A program made the translations under genes and the position numbers. Source: Escherichia phage JoYop. From it: a stretch of 64,000 nt of DNA. Below the pieces are notes generated by a model, which saw only the letters and a program-made list of their open reading frames with translations, ran no database searches and had not been told where the DNA came from. This document shows, one piece after another, positions 18,014 through 27,369 of this stretch (within the stretch, counting starts at the first letter, position 1; the number at the start of each line of letters is the position of its first letter). The stretch lies in the sequence record OR769032.1. The stretch is one strand, 5' to 3'.

Positions 18014-18550
18014 TTAGTCTAAGGTAATAAAGCCTTTTAATTCAGCATGCGATTTGCGGAACATTACTTGGTGCCCACCAATGATAACTTCATCTTCAGG
18101 AACTTCGTATACAGCAAGATAAAATCCTTTAGAAGCTAATTCTTCACGCTCTTCTCGTGTGAACCATCTCATCATATCATATTCACTAGCGAAAGCAAAA
18201 TGATAAAGAGCTATAAACCATCCTGGAATATGATATTCTACTCCAACATAATCTTTCTTGAACTTAGTATTAATTACTATATTAGCGTTTTTAACTAGTA
18301 GTTTATCTTCGTGTGGTAAAGGAATTCTTTTATTATCGCTATGATGCATAAAATTAGGTCTGTCATAACCTACGTGTAATAGCCACTCTTCGCTCCATGA
18401 ATCTATTATACTCCTGTACGGCGTTATTTGAACACAAAGATTTCGACGTATTGTTATAGCATCTTCATAATCAAGAATACTAAATGATGATTCAACACGA
18501 TAAATTTTCATTTTATTATCCTCAGTAGCTATGGTGTTATAATACCACAA
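18014..18550 (-). CDS. hypothetical protein (178 aa)
   Basis: Track ORF upstream of the paralogue pair. Confidence 0.5.
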   Translation of the reverse strand: MWYYNTIATEDNKMKIYRVESSFSILDYEDAITIRRNLCVQITPYRSIIDSWSEEWLLHVGYDRPNFMHHSDNKRIPLPHEDKLLVKNANIVINTKFKKDYVGVEYHIPGWFIALYHFAFASEYDMMRWFTREEREELASKGFYLAVYEVPEDEVIIGGHQVMFRKSHAELKGFITLD

Positions 18551-18574
18551 CTAACCGAGGAAGTAAACAACTTT

Positions 18575-19258
18575 TTATCGTTTTGTTGGAAGAGATAGAG
18601 GATCGCAATCTTCCTCTGACGGAGCATCTTCAAGACCCATGGCGTATCGCAAAGCATACTTCATCATCAGGATGTCCTTCGCGCAGTCATGAATAGAATC
18701 ATGCGCAACGAATCCATCTAAGGTTCCTTTTGGAAGAGGACACGTGGTCATATCACGAACAAGTAGAAGTGCTTCAATTCTGGTACGAATATCACGCTGA
18801 TTCCAGAACTTACATGGTTCTAACTTAAATGTGTCAAGCTCATTTTCGGAAACGCCATTAAGACGTTGAATATCACGAATGAGATCGACTAAAATTGGAA
18901 AATCAAACGACATTCCACGGCACCAGCCTTGAGATTTCCAAGGATCGATATTATGTGCATTGATGTAATCATTAAATTTTGCAATACCATCGATAGTGCT
19001 TACATCTTCATCTGATGGTGCAATATTTTTTCGAGCTTCAGGGGATTGATTCTTCCACCATTCGATAGTGCTTTTAGTAAAAAGACGATGTCCTTTTTGG
19101 CTTTTTAAATCAAATTTGATTTTAATGCCGCGTGAAACTAATTCATCGAATGTTTCAACTACTTCTGGATTAGGGTCAAAAGCAATTACAGCCAAATCAA
19201 TAACAGCTGCTTTTTCACCACTTCCCATTGTTTCAAAATCTATAATAAAATCAAACAT
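18575..19258 (-). CDS. dexA: exonuclease A DexA
   Basis: 227 aa, same size and position as T4 dexA; N-terminus MFDFIIDFETMG typical of DEDD-type exonucleases. Confidence 0.85.
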   Translation of the reverse strand: MFDFIIDFETMGSGEKAAVIDLAVIAFDPNPEVVETFDELVSRGIKIKFDLKSQKGHRLFTKSTIEWWKNQSPEARKNIAPSDEDVSTIDGIAKFNDYINAHNIDPWKSQGWCRGMSFDFPILVDLIRDIQRLNGVSENELDTFKLEPCKFWNQRDIRTRIEALLLVRDMTTCPLPKGTLDGFVAHDSIHDCAKDILMMKYALRYAMGLEDAPSEEDCDPLSLPTKR

Positions 19259-19500
19259 TAAATTTTCCTTGCTAAATCGCGAATTTGACCTACAGTATAA
19301 TCTTGGATATAAACTTTATTAATGGGCTCATCAATAAATTTTGCCATAGATTCAATATCTTTTTGCATCTCTTCAAGACTGTATACTATCTTTAAAGCTT
19401 TTTCGCGAATAGTAACATTATCAGGTCCTGGATTTTTCTCAATGACAGCTTTAACGTTTGTCATAAGAGATTTAAACTGGCACAAACTTAATTCAATCAT
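19258..19500 (-). CDS. hypothetical protein (80 aa)
   Basis: Track ORF between dda and dexA. Confidence 0.5.
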   Translation of the reverse strand: MIELSLCQFKSLMTNVKAVIEKNPGPDNVTIREKALKIVYSLEEMQKDIESMAKFIDEPINKVYIQDYTVGQIRDLARKI

Positions 19501-19753
19501 TAATAATCACCTTATAAAGATGGCTAATTTCGCCTAAAACATAATCACTGATTGTAACAGTTTTCACTTCACCACAAAAGAATTCTAGAGCAATTAAATC
19601 TCGTTCAATTTCTTCCAATTGAAGCATTAACTTACCCGATTTAATTTTTACATTTGTGCGATTTTTACTATAAGCTATTTCATAAATTTCGCTCACTTTA
19701 TCCTGAAGAAGATAAAACTGATCTTTAGTTATTTCCACGAATAGCTTCCTCAA
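19493..19753 (-). CDS. hypothetical protein (86 aa)
   Basis: Track ORF between dda and dexA. Confidence 0.5.
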   Translation of the reverse strand: MRKLFVEITKDQFYLLQDKVSEIYEIAYSKNRTNVKIKSGKLMLQLEEIERDLIALEFFCGEVKTVTISDYVLGEISHLYKVIIND

Positions 19754-19985
19754 ATTTAATTAGTAATTTACAGACACTTTCATCTAATGTAATTACCGTA
19801 TCTGTATTACTATGATATGATTGTTTTTCAATTCGTTTAATTGCTAATATAGTATCACTTATAAGATAAAGCTTATTGAGGAGCTCAGCTCCTGTTACCA
19901 TAACATTAAGATTATCTTGCTTATTAGTATGCTTCCTTATACCATCTATTAGACGATGTAAATATTTTGAATTGATGTTAATCAT
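19725..19985 (-). CDS. hypothetical protein (86 aa)
   Basis: Track ORF between dda and dexA. Confidence 0.45.
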   Translation of the reverse strand: MININSKYLHRLIDGIRKHTNKQDNLNVMVTGAELLNKLYLISDTILAIKRIEKQSYHSNTDTVITLDESVCKLLIKFEEAIRGNN

Positions 19986-19991
19986 ATAGCC

Positions 19992-21311
19992 TCACACATA
20001 AAATACATCATAACGACCACGGGTAACACCTACATAAAGAAGCTGCTGAGCCAATTCAGCATCTGCATAATGAATACAAGGCGTATAAATGAAAGCACGG
20101 TCTACAGACATGCCCTGAGCTTTATGGAATGTTGATGCAGGAAGTGCTTTCACTTTACTAAACTGTGATTTAGCATCCCAAAAATCACTCCATGGAGCTT
20201 TTCCACCCTTATTCCAATTTTTATAAGTTTCTGCTGTTTTACCTAAAAATAGATTAAACTTATACAGCTCTTCATCGGATGAAATTATTTTAATCTTTTC
20301 ACGATAGTATTCATCATCGCCATAAGTTTCTACTGTCAAGTCCCAATGACGAATTAGGTATTCTCCAGAAACACCACGAGCTTTAACAAAGGTTGACGTA
20401 TACTCTGCTTCTATAATACGAACTAATTGTCCATTGTTAAAAATAATTTCTGACACAGGCTTTCCATCAATTTTATACGTTTTAATTAATGGTTCCTGCA
20501 TTACAATAATTTCACCTACAATAAAATCTTTATCAGTTTCAAAAATCTTTTTACGAATGATGCTATTTAACTTATCGACAGATTTATTCGTAAATGCCAT
20601 TACGCGATTTTCAAACAAATCATCTAGTGATTTAACGATTGAAAAATAATTTACCATAAAATCACGTAAAGCTGAATCACCAGTAAATCCACGTACTCCA
20701 TGACCGTCAACAACTTTATCATAAATCCACTTACCGTTACGAACGTCAGTAGCTACATCAATAATAGGAGCATTACTACGTTTAACTTCAGTGAGTTCAC
20801 ACTGATAAAAGTCTTTGTGTGTAAAGAATGGACTGATATAAGCAGTATTTTCTCCTGGGTCAACAGGTCTAATTTGCTTATTATCACCTATTCCAATTAT
20901 TGTACACCAAGGTGGAATGGTTGAAAGCAGAATTTTAAATAGCTTTCTATCATACATTGACACTTCGTCACAGATTAATACTCTGCATTTAGCTAAATCT
21001 GGTACTTCCTTCTGTTCAAAAAGGACATTTTCTTCATATGTTACAGGGTTAATTTTAAGAATACTATGAATAGTACTCGCTTCTTTCCCTGATAATTTTG
21101 AAAGAATCTTTTTAGCTGCGTGAGTAGGAGCCGCTAAAATAATACCAGTTTCACCTGTAGATATTAGGGCTTCAATAATGAACTTAGTAAGAGTAGTTTT
21201 ACCAGTACCAGCAGGTCCATTAATAGTTACATGGTGTTTCTTTTCTTTAATAGCCTTCATAACCATGTCGAAGGCATTTTTCTGGCCTTCGGTCAAATCA
21301 TCAAATGTCAT
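19992..21311 (-). CDS. dda: Dda DNA helicase (SF1)
   Basis: 439 aa; Walker A GPAGTGKTT, Walker B ICDEVSM; same size as T4 Dda. Confidence 0.9.
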   Translation of the reverse strand: MTFDDLTEGQKNAFDMVMKAIKEKKHHVTINGPAGTGKTTLTKFIIEALISTGETGIILAAPTHAAKKILSKLSGKEASTIHSILKINPVTYEENVLFEQKEVPDLAKCRVLICDEVSMYDRKLFKILLSTIPPWCTIIGIGDNKQIRPVDPGENTAYISPFFTHKDFYQCELTEVKRSNAPIIDVATDVRNGKWIYDKVVDGHGVRGFTGDSALRDFMVNYFSIVKSLDDLFENRVMAFTNKSVDKLNSIIRKKIFETDKDFIVGEIIVMQEPLIKTYKIDGKPVSEIIFNNGQLVRIIEAEYTSTFVKARGVSGEYLIRHWDLTVETYGDDEYYREKIKIISSDEELYKFNLFLGKTAETYKNWNKGGKAPWSDFWDAKSQFSKVKALPASTFHKAQGMSVDRAFIYTPCIHYADAELAQQLLYVGVTRGRYDVFYV

Positions 21312-21619
21312 CGTAAATTCCCTGCAATTGGTATACTAACAATACGCCCAGTATCTAGAATTCGTTGATATAATCTTTGCGTGTCTACGTCAGGCTTAAC
21401 ATGTTTAACTTCTATTTTATTAAACCAAAACTTACGCGGAGTCTCAACTAATCTTGGAATTCCCTTACCTAAAGCTAGTTGATACTGCTCTTTAAGAGTT
21501 GTAAAAACTTTATCAGCAATCTCCCTTTCAAAAAATACAGCAGGACGATGTTCATCAAGAGGAACAGGCACCGCAAATCCATCTTTATCTCTATACACTA
21601 TCGCATATACATAAAACAT
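21308..21619 (-). CDS. hypothetical protein (103 aa)
   Basis: Track ORF, ATGA overlap with dda. Confidence 0.5.
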   Translation of the reverse strand: MFYVYAIVYRDKDGFAVPVPLDEHRPAVFFEREIADKVFTTLKEQYQLALGKGIPRLVETPRKFWFNKIEVKHVKPDVDTQRLYQRILDTGRIVSIPIAGNLR

Positions 21620-21620
21620 A

Positions 21621-22376
21621 TTATCCTCGGATAAGTTTAAAAATTGAACAATTTAGCGGGTATCCTCTTTTCAGTTTAAGTTTATCAATAAAAGACAAGT
21701 TTTGATACCGCTTTACACCTTGAATAATTTTATCACACATATCATATTGCATTTCTGCTTCTGACAACTTTTTCACAGTTTTCCAATCAGAACCTTTAAG
21801 AAGAACGTTCAGTTTAACAATTTCAGCGCCTTCTGCTATGCGAGAACCATCAATTCGCGCTTTGAGTGCTATAATCATTAGCTTAATGTCAGAAGTTTGT
21901 TTTGATTTAGAAAGCTGAGAAAGATGTTCAATTCGGTTTTCACGTTTTTTCTGTATAGCTTTAATTTGATTATAAGTCTTTTTGATTTTAGCCCATTTCT
22001 TTTCATCTAAATTTAGTTTATGAACTTTTTTAGCAGATGAACGACCAATTCGCAAAGCAAATAAATCACGCTTTTCAATCAACTCCTCTAAAGTATAATC
22101 AGAACGAAATGTATTATACTTTTTCTTTACTGCAATAACATTCCCTTTAATGTATCCAACGTTATTATCAAAACGTTCTAACGATAATTTCTCACCTTCA
22201 ATACGATTATCAAAAGGTTCTCCCGAGTAAGCACAAACTTTTTGATCTAAAATGTTCTTAATGTAATTGAAGTCTAAGTTAAAATCTTTAGAACGTCTTT
22301 TTGCAGATGCCTGAGTATGCTCTAAACGACGTTTAATTTTACGAATTTGATTTTTGGACATATTATGCAGTTTCAT
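21621..22376 (-). CDS. srd: Srd-like protein (251 aa)
   Basis: Position between dda and modA as in T4; basic, sigma-like; assignment by position/size. Confidence 0.5.
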   Translation of the reverse strand: MKLHNMSKNQIRKIKRRLEHTQASAKRRSKDFNLDFNYIKNILDQKVCAYSGEPFDNRIEGEKLSLERFDNNVGYIKGNVIAVKKKYNTFRSDYTLEELIEKRDLFALRIGRSSAKKVHKLNLDEKKWAKIKKTYNQIKAIQKKRENRIEHLSQLSKSKQTSDIKLMIIALKARIDGSRIAEGAEIVKLNVLLKGSDWKTVKKLSEAEMQYDMCDKIIQGVKRYQNLSFIDKLKLKRGYPLNCSIFKLIRG

Positions 22377-22409
22377 ATTTTTCTCACATCTTACGGACGG
22401 TTGACTACT

Positions 22410-22441
22410 ATACTATAACATTTTTACCTTGGCCTGTAAAC
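22410..22441 (-). promoter_or_regulatory. early promoter upstream of srd-like gene
   Basis: Coding strand GTTTACAGGCCAAGGTAAAAATGTTATAGTAT. Confidence 0.45.
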
Positions 22442-22498
22442 AACTTTATGTAAAAATGCTTTAAAAATTTCATGGTATAATGAATCTAAGTCCTTCCA

Positions 22499-23101
22499 TT
22501 ATAAATTAAATCCTTCAAAATCGAGAGTATAGATAGTGTATGTTGAATACTTTTTATACTCATATCTATCTGCAATTCTAAATACACTTCCAGCTGGTAT
22601 CATTACTTCTTGTTCATCTGAAACTAATTCCATATTACGATAGCGATGGCTATCTGGAAATTTAAAGCTTGGATTATATTCTTTACAGCGTAGAGCTTTT
22701 ATAGCATACTCCTGGAAATTGAATACCATAGGAGCTTTGAATTCAAAAATAACTTGTGTGTTATACTCTAAACCAGAAGCAAAATGTAGAGCTATATTTT
22801 TATCATATGAAGCTGATACGACTTTATCAAATGTAATAATATCAATTCCTTGATTTAATACTTGTTTAGTTTCGACTGGAACACCTCTCCAAAGAGGTTT
22901 ATCGTTTGGAACCAAACGAGATTTGATTATTTCATTTAACCAAGTATGGTCATCTGGCTTATTAGTAATACAGTGAATTAAAAGTTCAATTTCAGATAAA
23001 TTAAACCCTTCAGAAAGCAATTCTTCACGAATAGAAGCACGCACAGATGCATCCATTGATTTTATTTTAAAATCTTTTAGTTGCATTACTGAGTATTTCA
23101 T
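22499..23101 (-). CDS. modA: ADP-ribosyltransferase ModA
   Basis: 200 aa, same size and position as T4 modA. Confidence 0.7.
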   Translation of the reverse strand: MKYSVMQLKDFKIKSMDASVRASIREELLSEGFNLSEIELLIHCITNKPDDHTWLNEIIKSRLVPNDKPLWRGVPVETKQVLNQGIDIITFDKVVSASYDKNIALHFASGLEYNTQVIFEFKAPMVFNFQEYAIKALRCKEYNPSFKFPDSHRYRNMELVSDEQEVMIPAGSVFRIADRYEYKKYSTYTIYTLDFEGFNL

Positions 23102-23733
23102 TCAACTACCTCAATATCATACACTTTAAATGTTCCAAATGAATCGTGTAATTTTTCTTTTGAAATAGAAGTTATTTTATACTTTCCAATTGGAACCATC
23201 CATTCTTGTTCATGTACAATCATCATTAAGTTATCAGTACGCTCTGAATCTAATCCATCAGTATCTTCATATGTATACTTGAACTCAGTATTTGGAGAAG
23301 AAAGTATAATATCGCTGATATGGTCAGAATAATTAAAAGCTTTATCAGTTTTTAAGCGAAATATTATTTCAGTAAAATATTCAGCATAAGAAAAAGAGCA
23401 TGCTGTATGCAAACTAGTAGTAAATGAATCTACCCTGTTCGTTGAAAACACTTCTCCAACTTGTAAATCTTTAATAAGTTCTTGTGTTGATTTTGATATA
23501 CCACGATATAATTGATAAGGCGATTTAGTTAAATGCTTTTTAACGATTTTATTCAACTGTCGATGAAGAGCTTCGTTCTTTTTGGCTTCCATACATTGCC
23601 AAAGAATTGACTGTTCAAAGTCAGTAAATTTTTCACAGACCTTTTTATACATATCATATTGAAAATCAACACTTTCAGCTTTTATAGATAACTGTTCAAC
23701 ATCTGCAAGATTAATAATCATGATAGCCTCCAT
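23098..23733 (-). CDS. modB: ADP-ribosyltransferase ModB
   Basis: 211 aa; adjacent to modA with ATGA overlap as in T4. Confidence 0.7.
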   Translation of the reverse strand: MEAIMIINLADVEQLSIKAESVDFQYDMYKKVCEKFTDFEQSILWQCMEAKKNEALHRQLNKIVKKHLTKSPYQLYRGISKSTQELIKDLQVGEVFSTNRVDSFTTSLHTACSFSYAEYFTEIIFRLKTDKAFNYSDHISDIILSSPNTEFKYTYEDTDGLDSERTDNLMMIVHEQEWMVPIGKYKITSISKEKLHDSFGTFKVYDIEVVE

Positions 23734-23788
23734 ATACTTCAGAAGCTATCATATCATTGTTAGAAAGTAAAGTAAACAACTTTTTGAA

Positions 23789-23971
23789 TTATTTTGCCCA
23801 GGGAGCCCAGGGCGGAGGGTCAAGATGGTATGAAGCTAGTTCTTCTAGAAGAGCATCTGGGGCTTCAATTCCATAATTCTGTAATACTATACGGTACTCT
23901 TTCTTATAATCACTAGAATCATTCTGGTTATTCGTAGAATGATTATCTTCTAACATCTCAAATAAATCCAT
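23789..23971 (-). CDS. hypothetical protein (60 aa)
   Basis: Track ORF in modB-soc interval. Confidence 0.45.
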   Translation of the reverse strand: MDLFEMLEDNHSTNNQNDSSDYKKEYRIVLQNYGIEAPDALLEELASYHLDPPPWAPWAK

Positions 23972-23979
23972 ATTAATTC

Positions 23980-24450
23980 CTAGCGATAAAAACCAAAGTG
24001 ACGATTAGCTTCAACAATCTTTCTTTCTTCTTCGGACATTCTCCAACGTAGTCCAACATCAAAATGAGCCCAGACCATCTTAACAAATGCGTTTATATCT
24101 TTAATATCTTCAATAATGAATGTTTTGCTTTTAGAAGGCTGACTCGCCAATTTAACTTTATCATCTTCAAACAGGTCAAAAAGACCATATTCGTGAGCTC
24201 TTTTATAGCCTTTAATAGTTAAAGCTTCAGAAGAAGAAAATGGTGAATCTGTATTCTGCAAAATATCTTCAGTATGCTTTATAATTAGAATAATATTTTC
24301 TGGATATTTTCTTTCTTTTATATCTTTAATTAAAATATCCGGATTTTCTGCTAAAGGAATAATTAACGAGCAATTTTTATCAAGCGTATTTACTGATTTA
24401 CCTTCTTTAGACATAAATCCTATTGAATAATGTTTTGCTACTTCAATCAT
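23980..24450 (-). CDS. hypothetical protein (156 aa)
   Basis: Track ORF in modB-soc interval. Confidence 0.55.
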   Translation of the reverse strand: MIEVAKHYSIGFMSKEGKSVNTLDKNCSLIIPLAENPDILIKDIKERKYPENIILIIKHTEDILQNTDSPFSSSEALTIKGYKRAHEYGLFDLFEDDKVKLASQPSKSKTFIIEDIKDINAFVKMVWAHFDVGLRWRMSEEERKIVEANRHFGFYR

Positions 24451-24607
24451 GCGATTTCCTCTTGCCTACTAATGGACCATCAGGAATTTTGTTTTCCTGG
24501 ATATATTTCTCATTTTCTTCCATCATTTTACTACCGATTTTAAGAAGCAAATCTAAGGCTTCATTTGCTTTATCCTTAGCCTCTTCTAACGTCATATTCT
24601 TGTTCAT
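24443..24607 (-). CDS. hypothetical small protein (54 aa)
   Basis: Manual translation [54 protein letters not shown]; ATGA overlaps at both ends. Confidence 0.35.
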   Translation of the reverse strand: MNKNMTLEEAKDKANEALDLLLKIGSKMMEENEKYIQENKIPDGPLVGKRKSHD

Positions 24608-24807
24608 GATTTATCCCCATAGATGTCTCTCATCAATTTAAGCGCTGAGCGTTCTAATTTCTTTTCTTTCTCAGCACTAATCATTGATTTCATCCATTCT
24701 TCTGATTCGTTCTGCATTTCTTTATTTGCCTGTTCAACCCAACCATCATCAATATACATTGAGTTTGGTCTACTGAACCATTCAAGCATCTTCTTCAGAA
24801 CTTTCAT
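24604..24807 (-). CDS. hypothetical protein (67 aa)
   Basis: Track ORF. Confidence 0.5.
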   Translation of the reverse strand: MKVLKKMLEWFSRPNSMYIDDGWVEQANKEMQNESEEWMKSMISAEKEKKLERSALKLMRDIYGDKS

Positions 24808-25279
24808 TTGTTTTACCTAAAACAATAGTAGGAGCATCATCAAATTCATGAATTTTTAGCAATTTTGGATTTAAATTATTCCATACATAATAAATAAAGT
24901 ATGATAAAGCATCTTCACTCGCAATTATAAATTTATTTCCTTTATCTATTTTCCAGTCATATACTGAATCATACGAATAAAAAGATAAAGGGTTATCATT
25001 ATATTGTTCTGCGCTGACATTAATGTATTCGGATTTAGTAAATGCTTCAATTGCTCTAAACGGACTATTTGGTACAGTTTCAATAATTCCGATCTTTTTA
25101 AGTTTTATTTCAGCATCTTCTGGAACTGGCATTGAAACGAAATTTTCTACGAGATACATAGGGTTACGATAACCCTTATCAATCATTACGGCTACAGTAA
25201 TTGGAACATCTTTAGCAAATGACATGTTATTACTGCTAATATACATTTCAAACAAAATCGCTTCCATAATTTTCCTCAA
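24782..25279 (-). CDS. hypothetical protein (165 aa)
   Basis: Track ORF. Confidence 0.5.
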   Translation of the reverse strand: MRKIMEAILFEMYISSNNMSFAKDVPITVAVMIDKGYRNPMYLVENFVSMPVPEDAEIKLKKIGIIETVPNSPFRAIEAFTKSEYINVSAEQYNDNPLSFYSYDSVYDWKIDKGNKFIIASEDALSYFIYYVWNNLNPKLLKIHEFDDAPTIVLGKTNESSEEDA

Positions 25280-25617
25280 TCACAAGATGTAGATGAACAA
25301 CTAGAATCACAAGAACTTCCACATGAATCGCCCGTCCATACATGAACAGGAACATTAGTGTCATATGAATCAGAACTAGACTGTGTATTCTGCGTATTAG
25401 ATGATGCAGTAGGTATTGACCAGCGCCAAGGATTTTTATAATATTCTTGGGCTTCTTCATAAGTCATAGTAACTGCTTCTACTGTTCCATCTCCCATATA
25501 AACATATTCAACTACAGTTAAAGGAAGGTAGTCATTTGAAATAGGAACTACACCTTCTCCGGGAGTTGTAGAGAAAAAATCTTTAAAGAAACTTTTAAAC
25601 CAATTAAAGATAAACAT
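25276..25617 (-). CDS. hypothetical protein (113 aa) with Cys/Ser-rich C-terminus
   Basis: Track ORF ending ...[19 protein letters not shown]. Confidence 0.5.
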   Translation of the reverse strand: MFIFNWFKSFFKDFFSTTPGEGVVPISNDYLPLTVVEYVYMGDGTVEAVTMTYEEAQEYYKNPWRWSIPTASSNTQNTQSSSDSYDTNVPVHVWTGDSCGSSCDSSCSSTSCD

Positions 25618-25823
25618 TACAAAAAGCCTCTTTTGAATTCAACTTGTTTATCGCCATAATCATATCGAATCTCTGCGTTAAATTCAACAGAACCATCCGC
25701 GTACATCATAAATGAATGCACAACAACTTCTGTAGACCATGGTTGCAATTCATATTTCTTCATTACATGCCGTGAAATGATAATATCTAAATCTTCATTT
25801 GGTTTAATCCAACGATTTAACAT
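25617..25823 (-). CDS. hypothetical protein (68 aa)
   Basis: Track ORF with its own early promoter. Confidence 0.5.
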   Translation of the reverse strand: MLNRWIKPNEDLDIIISRHVMKKYELQPWSTEVVVHSFMMYADGSVEFNAEIRYDYGDKQVEFKRGFL

Positions 25824-25849
25824 AGTGCTCTCCTCTATAAGATAGTTCT

Positions 25850-25879
25850 ATTATACCATACTCATTTTGATATGTAAAC
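25850..25879 (-). promoter_or_regulatory. early promoter (GTTTACA ... TGGTATAAT)
   Basis: Coding strand GGTTTACATATCAAAATGAGTATGGTATAAT upstream of ORF 25617..25823. Confidence 0.5.
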
Positions 25880-25892
25880 CATTTAAATGAAA

Positions 25893-25914
25893 AAGGACTC
25901 CCGAAGGAGTCCTT
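25893..25914 (-). terminator. terminator hairpin after soc (AAGGACUCC-CGAA-GGAGUCCUU)
   Basis: Perfect 9-bp stem with tetraloop just downstream of the soc stop. Confidence 0.55.
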
Positions 25915-25918
25915 GAAT

Positions 25919-26161
25919 TTATTCACCAGTTACTTTCCACAAATCTTCATTTGCAGCAATCCATTCAGTACGTTGATTTTCTTCATATACTGTAGAATAT
26001 GCTGCTTTTTCTGAAGGGAACGTCTGGTAATGAGCACCAGAAATTTTGTGAACATCAGAATAAAGAGGGAAAGCTACAGAAATTTCTTTACCCTGAATTG
26101 TACCACCATCAACTGCTTGGTCAAATGTTTTAATATTAACATAACCGCGAGTACTAGCCAT
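25919..26161 (-). CDS. soc: small outer capsid protein Soc
   Basis: 80 aa, MASTRGYVNIKTFDQAVDGGTIQGKEISVAFPLYSDVHKISGAHYQTF... matches recalled T4 Soc. Confidence 0.9.
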   Translation of the reverse strand: MASTRGYVNIKTFDQAVDGGTIQGKEISVAFPLYSDVHKISGAHYQTFPSEKAAYSTVYEENQRTEWIAANEDLWKVTGE

Positions 26162-26177
26162 GTAATTCTCCTTTTAT

Positions 26178-26387
26178 TTAAATTACATGATTATTTATAA
26201 TAAATTCTCGCGGAACGTTAAAATACCCGATTTTAGTTAATATAACAACATCGCCGTTAATGATTACCGGAGAATAATCTTCTGGAGCATTAAATTTCCA
26301 ATGGGCTCTAATATTATATCCATCAGAACCAAATGCTCGAGTAGCCGGTCTCCCGGCTTTTTGCCATGCGTAGAAATCAAATTTCAT
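26178..26387 (-). CDS. hypothetical protein (69 aa)
   Basis: Track ORF between gene 56 and soc. Confidence 0.5.
   Translation of the reverse strand: MKFDFYAWQKAGRPATRAFGSDGYNIRAHWKFNAPEDYSPVIINGDVVILTKIGYFNVPREFIINNHVI
26193..26200 (-). promoter_or_regulatory. late promoter TATAAATA upstream of soc
   Basis: Exact TATAAATA on the coding strand ~32 nt upstream of the soc ATG. Confidence 0.55.
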
Positions 26388-26578
26388 TTTGAATGCTCTA
26401 TAATTAATTTTAAAGCTTCTTCACTGACATAAATTTCGTCATGACCTTCTGTAACTTCAACCATACGAAGCTGATTAGTTAAGAGCTCACATACGAGCCC
26501 TTTGTCATAATCTTTAAATAGCTGGTCAATACGTTTCTTGTGGGCTTTCTTAAGCTGGCGTTTATTTAAACGAGCCAT
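26384..26578 (-). CDS. hypothetical protein (64 aa)
   Basis: Track ORF, ATGA overlap with gene 56. Confidence 0.5.
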   Translation of the reverse strand: MARLNKRQLKKAHKKRIDQLFKDYDKGLVCELLTNQLRMVEVTEGHDEIYVSEEALKLIIEHSK

Positions 26579-27096
26579 TAATAACCTCGGTCTTGACGAG
26601 CGAAGTTTTCAGCATTTTTCAGATAATAAAGTTTAAAGATTTCTTCAGCTGACATTCCAAGAGCAATGAATTTATTCATGAAAAAGTGAAATTGGTCAAT
26701 AAGTTCAAATTTAATTTCAAGCTGATCTTCGGGAGATAAATCTTGAATTTTTTTGGATTGCATTTCAGAATAACGTTTCTTCCAAGGTTTCCATACAGCA
26801 GAAGCTTCTTTTTCACCATTACTCATACCGCCAAGAGAAGTATATAGCTCGCGAGTTTCGTCTGCGATATAATCGTCTTGGTTTCGCAACCAAGCAAGAA
26901 CTTCTCCCGCAGTTTCAAGTGAATCGGGATGACGATTTGTTTCTGGTTTATCGTTAGCCAAACGAATCTGTAAATGCCGTTGCATATCAAGCATAACCTG
27001 CAGTGGGTCAATATTGTGCATAATATTCTCAGCATATGCACGATTTGCTTTATCAACACCTTCGATCAAATGAGCACATTCATTAAAGTAAGCCAT
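26578..27096 (-). CDS. 56: dCTP pyrophosphatase gp56
   Basis: 172 aa, size and position match T4 gp56; MazG-like helical signature. Confidence 0.8.
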   Translation of the reverse strand: MAYFNECAHLIEGVDKANRAYAENIMHNIDPLQVMLDMQRHLQIRLANDKPETNRHPDSLETAGEVLAWLRNQDDYIADETRELYTSLGGMSNGEKEASAVWKPWKKRYSEMQSKKIQDLSPEDQLEIKFELIDQFHFFMNKFIALGMSAEEIFKLYYLKNAENFARQDRGY

Positions 27097-27168
27097 TATT
27101 TTTTCCTTTCAATTCATGGGTTAGTAGATTAATTATACAATAAATATATAAAGCAATAAGGAGGACAT

Positions 27169-27369
27169 ATGGTACAAAAATTAATGGCACTTGTCAATGC
27201 CATAAAAGGTAATAAAAAGCGTATAGCTTTTACTATTTCTGCTATGGTAGGAATTTTACTCTGGAACTTTATTTTATCACCAATTGCAATTGCGCATGGT
27301 GTTAATATTCCAGTAGTTACTCTTGATACATTCGTAGATTTAGCATTTGCTCTAGTTGGGCTAATTTAA
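27169..27369 (+). CDS. small membrane protein (66 aa) on the opposite strand
   Basis: Strong SD AAGGAGG 5 nt before ATG; hydrophobic segments; AATAAATA/TATATAAA late-promoter-like AT box upstream; convergent with gene 61. Confidence 0.55.
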   Translation: MVQKLMALVNAIKGNKKRIAFTISAMVGILLWNFILSPIAIAHGVNIPVVTLDTFVDLAFALVGLI

